Assembly (NCBI RefSeq): GCF_009914755.1
Contig: NC_060925.1
DNA: 64,000 nucleotides
From: the human T2T-CHM13v2.0 reference genome, Homo sapiens
Direction: 5' to 3' (one strand)
Shown: positions 15,554 through 34,085 of the stretch, piece by piece
Position numbering within the stretch: position 1 is the first letter of the stretch
How the letters are laid out: every line of letters begins with the position of its first letter
Notes under the pieces: model-generated
Databases searched by the model: none
Seen by the model: the letters and a program-made list of their open reading frames with translations, nothing else
What the model was told of the DNA's origin: nothing
Program-made: the position numbers and the translations under genes

Positions 15554-16556
15554 AGCAGCCACAACTAATAAGTTGTAGTGAAATGGGAGCTCAGGTAGTC
15601 TGATTCCAAGGGGCATGTATATAGCTAAATCAGAGTTTATTTAGCCAGTCCATTACTGGTGGGCATTAGGTGGCTTTCAATTTATAGTATTTCAGACAAT
15701 GGGACAGATTTCCTCATAGCTCTCTCTTTATACACTTTAGAATTTAGAATTTCTATAGAGAAATTCCTAAAAATGAAATTATTAGGTCAAAGGATATGCA
15801 CTTTAGGCATTTTTTAAATAAATACTGTCAAATCGCCTTACAAAGGGTTCCCAATGCAGTTCATAGACAAGAACTGAAATCAGTAGAAATAAAATTAGCA
15901 AAGAGTATTAATGGCTCTGACTCATTGGTGACCATTTCAGAAAAGCAAAGAACTGAAATGACCACAAAACTGAAAGTCCCTTTCTCCTTCAATTTAGATG
16001 GAAAGCCTACAGATGTCTGTTCTGAAAGAATCCCTCTGGCTCTGTCTTCTTTATGTGCTGTGTAAATTCATTACTTTGTGCTTTTACTTCTGGGTCTTGC
16101 TCTTTGGCCCTTGAAGCAATAAAGACTGACAAAATTAATAGTTTTTAAGTATCACTTGTGCCACACATCTGTTCTAAAAATGCTATATTTCTTCAACGGA
16201 GGCTAGAGTTTCCCATTAGATACTTTATGAATAGCATCTCATTAATTTTGAACGATAGGCTGTCCAACAGGGCCCTGGAACCCAACTGTTGAAAGAAATC
16301 ACTGATTTTAAAAAATTAATGTAGCAGCCAGCTCAAACATGAGGGCCCAGTGAGTAGCCAGCATTTTATGGGAGTCACCGATGAAGGGTCTCATCAGGAT
16401 GTAATGGCAAATTCCTCATGTGACCCTACCTCAGAAGAAACCTCTTCATGTTAGCAAAGCCCAGGCTCTGAAAGACAAGTAGTGTTTCTTGTTGGAAATA
16501 ATTTTATTTTCTTTGGGCATCTTACCTTCATTTTTTAGATATAGAAATTGGTTTCT

Positions 16557-17106
16557 TTCTTTTCTTTTTTTTTTTTTGTGGTGATAAAAATGTGTATTTA
16601 GAATTAGCCAGCTAGGCTCAGTTTAGATGATCTCAATTTTATTGGCAACATCCAAAGCATCATAGTTTGGAACCTGTTGAGCATATGTTGCCTTCCCTCC
16701 ATCAGGCCTGCTCAGAGTGTTGACGTTGGTCATGTCAACATCAAAGCTTCTTCATAGCCTGTTTGACCTGGTGCTTGTTGGCTTTGCCATCCACAGTGAA
16801 CACAATGGGTTGTTGTTGTCCATCTTCATGGCCGACTCAGTAGTCGGGGGAACTTGATTGTGGCATACAGCTAAAGCTTGTTTCTCCGAGGGCACTATTC
16901 TGTCTTTGTTTCTCCTGGGGGCTTGGGCTGCCTTGGGAGCCTTAGTGTCTTGGGACTCTAGAAGGTGGGTGATGTGTAGATATTTATTTGTGATGCTGTG
17001 ATGCCTTTCAGCACTGTCTACTTGGCCTTCAAAACCTTTGCTTTAGCTTCTGCTTTGGAAGGGGAAAGGACTTCCTTTGCTTTAGGGACTATCTTGAGGA
17101 AAAAGC
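16557..17106 (-). pseudogene. RPL23AP: RPL23A processed pseudogene (CDS remnant 16623-17092)
   Basis: Minus strand gives ...[13 protein letters not shown] and KANKHQVKQA; intronless; ATG->ATA; indels; poly(A) at ~16557-16577; degenerate TSD TAGAAATTGGTTT / TAGAAAGTGGCTT. Confidence 0.9.
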
Positions 17107-18457
17107 TAGAAAGTGGCTTTTTTTACTCCTGGCTTGCACCAATATTTTGGTGAGCTTGCAGATCTGGTAGCATCCTTTCTTTTTTCCCATGCTCTTTCCT
17201 TTGTTTCAGAACTTCCTTTTATTCTACTGCCTTGGAAATTTTTGTTTTCTCCTTCAGCTGTGATGTTAAATAATTAGAGGTGTGAAACCCTTTGACTCAA
17301 TTATTAGGCTTGTTTTTTGTCCTTGCGCTCAACTGCTTGATCCTAGCACGTTGCAGTAAACATCCTCTTGGTTGTGAATTGGAAAGATGTCAAGTTAAAG
17401 AGGTTTGTCTGTTGTTACTTTATTTTTGCTTCATTTTACCTAAGAAACAAGAATGGAAATTTGAATTCTGATAAATTTTAGAGTGTTATGATGAATAATA
17501 ACACCTCCTATTTATTGAACACTTACTATGTACCTAACACTATTAATTTTTCAGAATGCTTTCAATTATTTAAGTCCTCAGGGCTGTTCTGTGGTAGGTG
17601 CTCTGTTATCCCGATTTCACTGTTGAGGAATATGAAGTTTTAAGAAATTAGACAACCTGCTCAAGGCTATATAGTAGTAGAATGATAAAGCTGAGATGCA
17701 AACACAGGCTTGTTTGGCCAGTCTGCACTCTTAACCACTGTACTATAATGTTCCTTGGCATTTCAAGTTATTTGTAAGCAATGCTTCCAGGAACATTTTT
17801 TAACCAAAAAAAACTAAACACAGAACTACTTAGTTGTGTAGAAGCAGAAAGAACACTGGGATAAGAGTCAGGAGATGGAGCCCTAGCTGTGTGCCTAACT
17901 AGCCAAGCAAGTCCCTGAACCAATCACTTCACTAGCCCCAGCCCTGTGCTTTTCTCATCTGTAAAAGTGCCAAACTTCTAGCATCCTGAACAAAACTTGA
18001 TTTCCTCTTCTTTAGTTTTTCCTGTACTAAGGTAGATGAAACCCACCATTCCCATATCATTTATGACAACTAAGGCTGGTATCAGATGAGGCCATTGGCA
18101 TAGGGCTACTTGTCCAGAAAAAAGAGGGAAAATGCAATGATTAAATGCCACCCACCCCGGGCAGAAAGCAAACTAAGCGTAATGACTCAAATCCAAAGCC
18201 TAGAAAATCTTGGTGGAAACAGGGTGGATATATTCTTCTATCTTCAATTTTCTCTGTGTGTATTTATTGTTGACCATAGAAATGTGGATAAACATGTGGC
18301 TCACCATTAACCATCATCTCCAACTTGCTAAAGCTATTGTGGAGTAATAATACCACCAAACTTTGTCCAGCTAGAAATGAGACCCAGCCATAGAGAAGAC
18401 TTCCTGAGTTTCTCAAGTATGTATCTGTTGTATCACATAGCTTTTTTCTATCCCATG

Positions 18458-18856
18458 TGTTATGGGCTGAACTGTATTCTCCCTAGCAAATTCATATGTT
18501 GAAATTCTAACCCCCAGTACCTCAGAATGTGACTGTTTGGGTATAGGGCATTTAAGGAGGTAGTTAAGGTAGAATGAGGCCATACAGGTGGTCCCTAATT
18601 CACTATGACTGTTGCGCTTAGAAAAAAAGTGGATTAGGACACAAACAACACAAAAACAAAAGGGTGACCATATGAGGACACAGCACTAAGGTAGACATCC
18701 ACAAGTCAAGAAGAAAGATCTCAGAAGAAAACCATCCTGTTGACATCAACTTGATCTTAGCCTTCTGTTCTCTAGAACTGTGAGAAAACACATTTCTGTT
18801 GTTTAAACTACCCAGCCTGTGGTATTTTGTAATGGCAGCCCTAGCAAACTCATCCA
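18458..18856 (+). mobile_element. MaLR solo LTR (MLT1A/B-like)
   Basis: TGTTATGGGCTGAA...GGCAGCCCTAGCAAACT. Confidence 0.8.
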
Positions 18857-19448
18857 CTATGTTTTAAATCCAGGTTTTTTTTTTAAGTTTCTCTTTTTTT
18901 TTTTTCAGAAGTTTCTAACCTTAATTTTAAATTTGTTTTTCTTTCCTCCTTTGCTTGAGCTAGATTTCTACACCCTAAGAAGTCATACTCAGGTTTCTAA
19001 CTTCATCCACATACTGGAGTACAAAGATTCCACAAATTTTAACAGTATTCGAAGAGTGCTCAGTCTTTGAGATGAGTCTTGACTGGTACTTTGGATATAA
19101 CTTACATTTTATACCTCTGTAAATTCCTTTTCTTATTGCTCACCTGTGTCAGTTCTCAAATAGATTATTTAATTTTATAACAAACCAACAAATAAAACAA
19201 AGCACTGAACTATGTAAAACTGACTTCTCATCCCCTACCCCTGCCCTATGAATTTTTCTCTTTTTCTTACTCCTTACCTTGGGTAAAATGGCAGCAGCAA
19301 CACCATGAACCCAAGTTCAGGTTCTCAAACTGGGAACTTAGGGACTCATTCTTCATTCTTTCTTTGTCCTTGCCTCTTACATTTAACTCATTATTCAAAG
19401 TCTGTTCATGCTTCTTTTAAAATGTCTAATAAAAACACTCGTAATTTT

Positions 19449-19576
19449 TTTTTTTTTTAAGAGACAAGGTTTCACCATGTTGGCCAGGCTGGTCTTGAAG
19501 TCCTGACCTCAAGTAATCTGCCCGCCTTGGCCTCCCAAAGTGCTGGGATTACAGGTGTGAGCCACCGTGCCCAGCC
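19449..19576 (-). mobile_element. Solo Alu left monomer
   Basis: Left arm plus A tract; TSD AACACTCGTAATTTT / AACACTTGTAATTTT. Confidence 0.82.
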
Positions 19577-19591
19577 AACACTTGTAATTTT

Positions 19592-20139
19592 AAACTATAT
19601 TAAATTTGAATTGGCAATATCAATATGGACTCATGAATTAAAAACATATATATGTGTGTGTGTGTATTCTAGCTCTGTACACTGAAAGAACATAGAAGCA
19701 ATGATATTCCTCTAGCAATGAGCAATACCTAGAACCCAGATCTTGGTTTCTACTCATCTTTGTTTATTGAAACACAGTAAACAATGTTCCTGTTTACAGG
19801 AGAAATAGCTGATTCTAGGTGTTGAGCATGGAAATTACAAGGTAAGTTTAGGACATTTTGATATACCAAGGAAGTGCTCAGCGATTTATGGGGGCATGAT
19901 ACAAGGACACAGGGGCTAGTGTGAAAGGGCTCCCACTAGCCAAAGTTTGGACAGTTTGAATATGGCTATATTGATTGCAAAACATTGAATACATAAAAAT
20001 TCATTAGTCCATAGTAATACCCAAAAAAGTGAAAGAAAAGGAAAAAAAAACTAATTTGCCATCATTGGAAGTGATCATTCAATAAATCCTTACTCTGACA
20101 TTGATAGTAAAAGGGAAAGAACTAAACATTTACCTTGCC
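19592..20139 (+). mobile_element. Ancient L1 (L1MC-like) 3' fragment
   Basis: CTAGCTCTGTACACTGAAAG...AGCAATGAGCA...CCCAGATCTTGGTTTCTA motifs. Confidence 0.6.
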
Positions 20140-22110
20140 TTTTTTTTTTTTTTTTAATGCTTTAAGTTCTAGGGTACATGTGCACAATGTGCAGGTTTGA
20201 TACATAGGTATACATGTGCCATGTTGGTTTGCTGCACCCATCAACTCTCCTAACGCTATCCCTCCCCCAGCCCCCTACCCCACAACAGGCCCCGGTGTGT
20301 GATGTTCCCCTCCCTGTGTCCATGTGTTCTCATTGGTCAACTCCCACTTAAGAGTGAGAACATGCGGAGTTTGGTTTTGTGTCCTTGTGATATTTTGCTG
20401 AGAATCATGATTTCTAGCTTCATCCATGTCCCTGCAAAGGACATGAACTCATCCTTTTTTATGGCTGCATAGTATTCTTTGGTGTATATGTGCCACATTT
20501 TCTTTATCTAGTCTATTATTGATGGACATTTGGGTTAGTTCCAAGTCTTTGCTATTGTGAATAATGCCTCAATAAACATAGGTGTGCACGTGTCTTTATA
20601 GTAGCATGATTTATAATCCTTTGGGTATATACCCAGTAATGAGATTCCTGGGTCAAATGGTATTTCTAGTTCTAGATCCTTGAGGAATTGCCACACTGTC
20701 TTCCACAATGGTTGAACTAATGTATACTCCCACCAACAGTGTAAAAGCGTTCCTATTTCTCCACATCCTCTACAGCATCAGTTGTTTCCTGACTTTTTAA
20801 TGATCGTCATTCTAACTGGCATGAGTGGTATCTCATTGTGGTTTTGATTTGCATTTCTCTGATGACCAGTGATGATGAGCATTTTTTCATATGTTTCTTG
20901 GCTGCATAAATGTCTTCTTTTGAGAAGTGTCTCTTCATATCCTTTGCCCACTTTTTGATGGTTTTTTTTTTTCTTGTAGATTTGTTGAAGTTCTTTGTAG
21001 ATTCTGGATATTAGCCCTTTGTCAGATGAGTAGATTGCAAAAATTTTCTCCCATTCTGTAGGTTGCCTGTTCACTCTGATGGTAGTTTGTTTTGCTGTGC
21101 AGAAGCTCTTTAGTTTAATTAGATCCCATTTGTCAATTTTGGCTTTTGTTGCCATTGCTTTTGGTGTTTTAATCATGAAGTCTTTGCCCATGCCTATGTC
21201 CTGAATGGTACTACCTAGGTTTTCTTCTAGGGTTTTCATGGTGTTATGACTTACATTTAAGTCTTTAATCCATCTTGAGTTAATTTTTGTGTAAGGTGTA
21301 AGGAATGGATCCAGTTTCAGCTTTCTACATATGGCTAGCCCGTTTTCCCAGCACCATTTATTAAATAGGGAATCCTTTCCCTATTGCTTGTTTTTGTCAG
21401 GTTTGTCAAAGATCAGATGGTTGTAGATGTGTGGTGTTATTTCTGAGGCCTCTGTTCTGTTCCATTGGTCTATATCTCTGTTTTGGTACCAGTACCATGC
21501 TGTTTTGTTTACTGTAGCCTTGTAGTATAGTTTGAAGTCAGGTAGCGTGATGCCTCCAGCTTTGTTCTTTTTGCTTGAGATTGTGTTGGCTATGAGGGCC
21601 CTTTTTTGGTTCCATATGAAGTTTAAAGTAGTTTTTTTCCAGTTCTATGAAGAAAGTCAGTGGTAGCTTGATGGGGATGGCATTGAATCTATAAATTACC
21701 TTGGGCAGTATGGCCATTTTCATGATATTGATTCTTCCTATCCATGAGCATGGAATGTTCTTCCATTTGTTTGTGTCCTCTTTTATTTCATTGAGCAGTG
21801 GTTTGTAGTTCTCCTTGAAGAGGTCCTTCACGTCCCTTGTAAGTTGGATTCCTAGATATTTTATTCTCTTTGTAGTAATTGTGAATGGGAGTTCACTCAT
21901 GATTTGGCTCTCTGTTTGTCTGTTCTTGGTGTATAGGAATGCTTCTAATTTTTGCACATTGATTTTGTATCCTGAGATTTTGCTGAAGTTGCTTATCAGC
22001 TTAAGGAGATTTGGGGCTGAGACGATGGGGTTTTCTAAATATACAATCATGTCATCTGCAAACAGGGACAATCTGACTTCCTCTTTTCCTAATGGAATAC
22101 CCTTTATTTA

Positions 22111-22287
<177 letters not shown>

Positions 22288-24063
22288 TCAATCAATATCT
22301 AGTTTATTGAGAGTTTTTAGCATGAAAGGCTGTTGAGTTTTGTCAAAGGCCTTTTATGCATCTATTGAGATAATCATGTGATTTTTGTCATTGGTTCTGT
22401 TTAAGTGATGGATTACATTTGTTGATTTGTGTATGTCGAACCAGCCTTGCATCCCAGGGATGAAGCCAACTTGATCATGGTGGATAAGCTGTTTGACGTG
22501 CTGCTGGATTCGGTTTGCCAGGACTTTATTGAGGATTTTCACATTGATGTTCATTAGGGATATTGGCCTAAAATTATCTTTTTTTGTTTTGTCTCTGCCA
22601 GGCTTTGGTATCAGGACGATGCTGGCCTCATAAAATGAGTTAGGGAGGTTTCCCTCTTTTTCTATTGATTGGAATAGTTTCAGAAGGAATGGTACCAGCT
22701 TCTCTTTTTACCTCTGGTAGAATTTGGCTGTGAATCTGTCTGGTCCTGGAATTTTTTTGCTTGGTAGGCTATTAATTATCGCCTCAATTTCAGAACCTGT
22801 TAATGGTCTATTCCAGGATTTGAGTTCTTTCTGGTTTAGTTTTGGGAGGCTGTATGTATCCAGGAATTTATCCATTTCTTCTAGATTTTCTAGGTTATTT
22901 GCATAGAGGTGTCATAGTATTCTCTGAGAGTAGTTTGTATTTCTGTGGGATCAGTAGTGATATCCCTTTTTTCATTTTTTATTGCATCTACTTGATTCTT
23001 CTCTCTTTTCTTCTTTATGAATCTTGCTAGCGGGTCTATCCATTTTGTTGATTTTTTTCAAAAAACCAGCTCCTGGATTCATTGATTTTTTTGAAGGGTT
23101 TTTTGTGTCTCTATCTCCTTCAGTTCTGCTCTGATCTTAGTTATATCTTGCTTTCTGCTAGCTTTTCAATGTGTTTGCTCTTGCTTCTCTGGTTCTTTTA
23201 ATTGTGATGTTAGGGTGTCGATTTTAGGTCTTTCCTGCTTTCTCTTGTGGGCATTTACTGCTATAAATTTCCCTCTACACACTGCTTTAAATGTATCCCA
23301 GAGATTCTGGTACATTGTGTCTTTGTTCTCATTGGTTCCAAAGAACCTCTTTGTTTCTGCCTTCATTTCATTATTTACCCAGTAGTCATTCAGGAGCAGG
23401 TTAATTCCATGTAGTTGTGTGGTTTTGAGTGAGTTTCTTAATCCTGAGTTCTAATTTGATTGCACTGTGGTCTGAGAGACAGTTTGTTGTGATTTCTATT
23501 CTTTTACATTTGCTGAGGAGTGTTTTACTTCCAAATATGTGGTCAATTTTAGAATAAGTGTGATGTGGTGCTGAGAAGAATGTATATTCTGTTGATTTGG
23601 GGTGGAGAGTTCTATAGATGTCTATTAGGTCTGTTTGGTGTAGAGCTGAGTTCAAGTCCTGAATATCCTTGTTAATTTTCTGTCTCGTTGATCTGTCTAA
23701 TATTGACAGTGGGGTATTAAAGTCTCCCATTATTATTGTGTGGGAGTCTAAGTCTCTTTTTAGGTCTCTAAGAACTTGCTTTATGAATCTGGGCACTCCT
23801 GTATTGGGTGCATATATATTTAGGATAGTTAGCTCTTCTTGTTGAATTGATCCTTTTACCATTATGTAATGGCCTTCTTTGTCTCTTTGATCTTTGTTGG
23901 TTTAAAGTCTATTTTATCAGAGACCAGGATTGCAACCCCTGCTTTTTTTTGCTTTCCATTTGCTTGGTAGATCTTCCTCCATCCCTTTATTTTGAGCCTA
24001 TGTGTGTCTCTGCACGTGTGATGGGTCTCCTGAATACAGCACACCGATGGGTCTTGACTCTTT

Positions 24064-30214
<6,151 letters not shown>

Positions 30215-30333
30215 TGGGTCTTGACTCTTTATCCAATTTGCCAGTCTGTGTTTTTCAATTGGGGAATTTATCCCATTTACGTTTCAGGTTAATATTGTTA
30301 TGTGTGAATTAGATCTTGTCATTGTGATACTAG

Positions 30334-30656
<323 letters not shown>

Positions 30657-32771
30657 TTATTTCACCTATTAATTGATGCAGTTTCTTCATAGCATAGATG
30701 GTCTTTACAATTTGGCATGTTTTTGCAGTGGCTGGTACTGGTTGTTCCTTTCCATGTTTAGTGCTTCCTTCAGGAGCTCTTGTAAGGCAGGTCTGGTGGT
30801 GACAAAGTCTCTCAGCATTTGCTTGTCTGTAATGGAGTTTGTTTCTCCTTCACTTATGTAGCTTCATTTGGCTGGATATGAAATTCTGGATTGAAAATTC
30901 TTTTCTTTAAGAATGTTGAATATTGGTCCCCACTCTCTTCTGGCTTATAGTGTTTCTGCCGAGAGGTCCGCTGTCAGTCTGATGGGCTTCCCTTTGTGGG
31001 TAACCTGACCTTTCTCTCTGGCTGCCCTTAATATTTTTTCCTTCATTTCAACCTTGGTGAATCTGACAATTATGTGTCTTGGGGTTGCTCTTCTCAATGA
31101 GCATCTTTGTGGTTTCTCTGTATTTCCTGAATTTGAATGTTGGCCTGCCTTGCTAGGTTGGGGAAGTTCTCCTGGATAATATCATGAAGAGTGTTTTCTA
31201 ACTTGGTTCCATTCTCTCTGTCACTTTCAGGTACAGCTATCAAATGTAGATTTGGTCTTTTTACATAGTCCCATATTTATTGGAGTCTTTGTTCATTTCT
31301 TTTTACTCTTTTTTCTCTAATCTTGTCTTCTCGCTTTATTTCATTAATTTGATCTTCAATCACTGATATCCTTTATTCTGCTTGATTGAATTGGCTATTG
31401 AATCTTGTTTATGCTTCACGAGGTTCTCATACTGTGGTTTTCAGCTCCTTCAGGTCACTTAAGCTCTTCTCTACACTGTTTATTCTAGTTAGCCATTCAG
31501 CTAACCTTTTTTCAAGGTTTTCAGCTTCCTTTTGATGGGTTAGAACATGCTCCTTTAGCCCGGAGAAGTTTGTTATTACCGACCTTCTGAAGCCTGCTTC
31601 TGTCATCTCATCAAACTAATTCTCCATCCAGTTTTGTTCCCTTGCTGGTGAGGAGTTGTGTTCCTTTGGAGGAGAAGAGGTGTTCTGGTTTTTGGAATTT
31701 TCAGCCTTTCTGCTCTGGTTTCTCCCCATCTTTGTGGTTTTATGTACTACTTTGGTCTTTGATGTTGGTGACCTACAGATGGGGTTTTAGTGTGGATGTC
31801 CTTTTTGTTGATGTTGATGCTATTCCTTTCTGTTTGTTAATCCTTCTAACCAGGCAGGTCCCTCAGCTGCAGGTCTGTTGGAGTTTGCTGGAGGTCCACT
31901 CCAGACCCTGTTTGCCTGGGTATCACCAGCAGAGACTGCAGAATAGCAAATATTGCTGCCTGATCCTTCCTCTGGAAGCTTTGTCCCAGAGGGGCACCCA
32001 CCTGTATGAGGTGTCTGTCGGCCCCTACTGGGAGGTGTCTCCCAGTTAGGCTACACGGTGGTCAGAGACCCACTTGAGGAGGCTGTCTGTCCATTATCAG
32101 AGCTCAAATGCCATGCTGGGAGAACTACTGCTGTCTTTAGGGCTGTCAGGCAGGGACGTTTAAGTCTGCAGAAGGTGTCTGCTGCCTTTTATTCAGATAT
32201 GCCTTGCCCCCAGAGGTGGAATCTAGAGGCAGTAGGCCTTGCTGAGCTGCAGTGGGATCTACCCAGTTCGAGCTTCCCTACCACTTTATTTACACTGTGA
32301 CCATAGAACCACATACTCAAGCCTCAGCAGTGGCAGAACCCCCTCCCCCTACCAAGCTCCAGTGTCCCAGGTTGATCTCAGACTGCTGTGCTAGCAGCAG
32401 GCAAGGCTCCATGGGCATGGGACCTGCCGAGCCAGGCACAAGAGGGAATCTCCTGGTCTGTCAGTTGCAAAGACAGTGGAAAAAAGCACAGTATTTGGGC
32501 AGGGGTGTACTGCTTCTCGAGGTACAGTCACTCACAGCTTCCCTTGGCTAGGAAAAAGAAATCCCCCAACCCCTTGCACTTCCCGGGTGAGGCAACACCC
32601 CACCCTGCTTTGGCTCATCCTCCGTGGGCTGCATCCACTGTCCAACGAGTCCCAGTGAGATGAACCAGGTACCTCAGTTGGAAATGCAGAAATCACCTGT
32701 CTTCTGCATCTATCTCACTTGAAGCTGTAGACCGGAGCTGTTCCTATTCAGCCATCTTGGAAGCAACCCTC

Positions 32772-32850
32772 TTTTTCTTTTTGTATTTTGGTAGAGACAG
32801 GGTTTCACCATATTGCCCAGGCTGGTTTCAAACTCCTGAGGTCAAGCCAT
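32772..32850 (-). mobile_element. Alu left-arm fragment abutting the L1 5' end
   Basis: TTTGTATTTTGGTAGAGACAGGGTTTCACCATATTGCCCAGGCTGG. Confidence 0.75.
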
Positions 32851-33222
32851 TCTATAAAACAAACTTACATTTGTTTTCTCTGAGTTCCTTCCTCAGGAAA
32901 GGACTCTCAGGCCTCTCAAAAAACATCAGAGACCTGAAACTCAGCCAATCACAGCATCCAGACAATGAGATGCCAGTCCCCTCACTCATCACGAGTGCTT
33001 CCTCACCCCTCCCTAGTTCCTCTTTTCCCACACACAGTTAACTTTTCTTCTGCACTATATAAACCCCTAACTTTAGTCAATCAGGGAGACAGATTTGAGA
33101 CTCATCTCCTGTCTACTCAGCTGCAGCACCTGATTAAAGCCTTCTTCCTCAGCAATACTCAATGTCTCAATGATTGTCTTTCTGTGTGCTGAGAACACTG
33201 AAGCCCTGGGGTTTTGGTAAAA
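32851..33222 (+). mobile_element. ERV1 LTR fragment (MER39-like)
   Basis: TATA box (CTATATAAACCCC), ATTAAAGCCTTCTTCC, end GGGGTTTTGGTAA. Confidence 0.55.
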
Positions 33223-34013
33223 ATACATGTACACTTTTAAAAACCGCAATTAATGGGTTGTGGTATATTGAGAAATTGGAGTGGCGTCAACCTGGCCAAT
33301 TCTGAGGAAACACACTGTGCTTAAGTGTCAGGGCCCTGCCTCCTGACCTCGACAGTTTATGGTTGATTTTGAGGCACAGCAGGGGAGTATGGCCTGGTTT
33401 GAGTGTTTTATAGAAATGTAAAACATGGCTGATTACTTTTTATTTTAAATCCAACAAATCTCCATTTCTGGTGAGAAAATCTTGCCAAAACCAACGAAAC
33501 AAATGCATAGAAGTATATGAAGAAGAAAATGAAAGATTCCCTGCCTCCCAATCCCACTTGCTTGGTATCAGCCATTATTTATCACATGGAGGAAGGGGGC
33601 AAGACACCCAGGAAGTCCCAAGTCCTGTTCTCACAATCATCTGGCCTCCCTGGGCAAAGGGAAAAGAGGGAAGGCAAAAAGAATATAACACTACTGTTTG
33701 CGGAAATTTCCCCTTGGTACAGGAAACTCTGGTAAACTGAGAGAGTATGTTTTCCAGAGGGAGGCCTCAAGGGCTCTTCTCTGGCCCTAAGCCCAAACTG
33801 GATTTTGCCTCATTTTCTGAGGTGCAAATGAAACGATAAAAGTTGATCAAAGGAGAGGGCAGAGAGAAAGAAAGAAAGAGGATGACTCCTCTCTTGCAGG
33901 TCCACCTTCTTTGGTGTTGCTTGAGGGATCAGAAGAAATGCCTTAACATAGGTGTGTGGGAACTATGGCTGCTAAGTATGAACTCAGTTACCTCCAGTTA
34001 TAAGCTAGTGTGA

Positions 34014-34085
34014 GGTTCCATGGTGTAATGGTGAGCACTTTGGACTCTGAATACAGTGATCAGAGTTCAAGTCTCACTGGAACCT
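34014..34085 (+). tRNA. TRQ-CTG: tRNA-Gln(CTG), degenerate, possibly a pseudogene
   Basis: GGTTCCATGGTGTAATGGTGAGCACTTTGGACTCTGAATACAGTGATCAGAGTTCAAGTCTCACTGGAACCT, 72 nt; perfect acceptor stem, CTG anticodon; mismatches in anticodon and T stems. Confidence 0.9.

Noticed and set aside
16623-17092. Functional RPL23A retrogene
   Set aside because: Start codon is lost and there are multiple indels; no long ORF.
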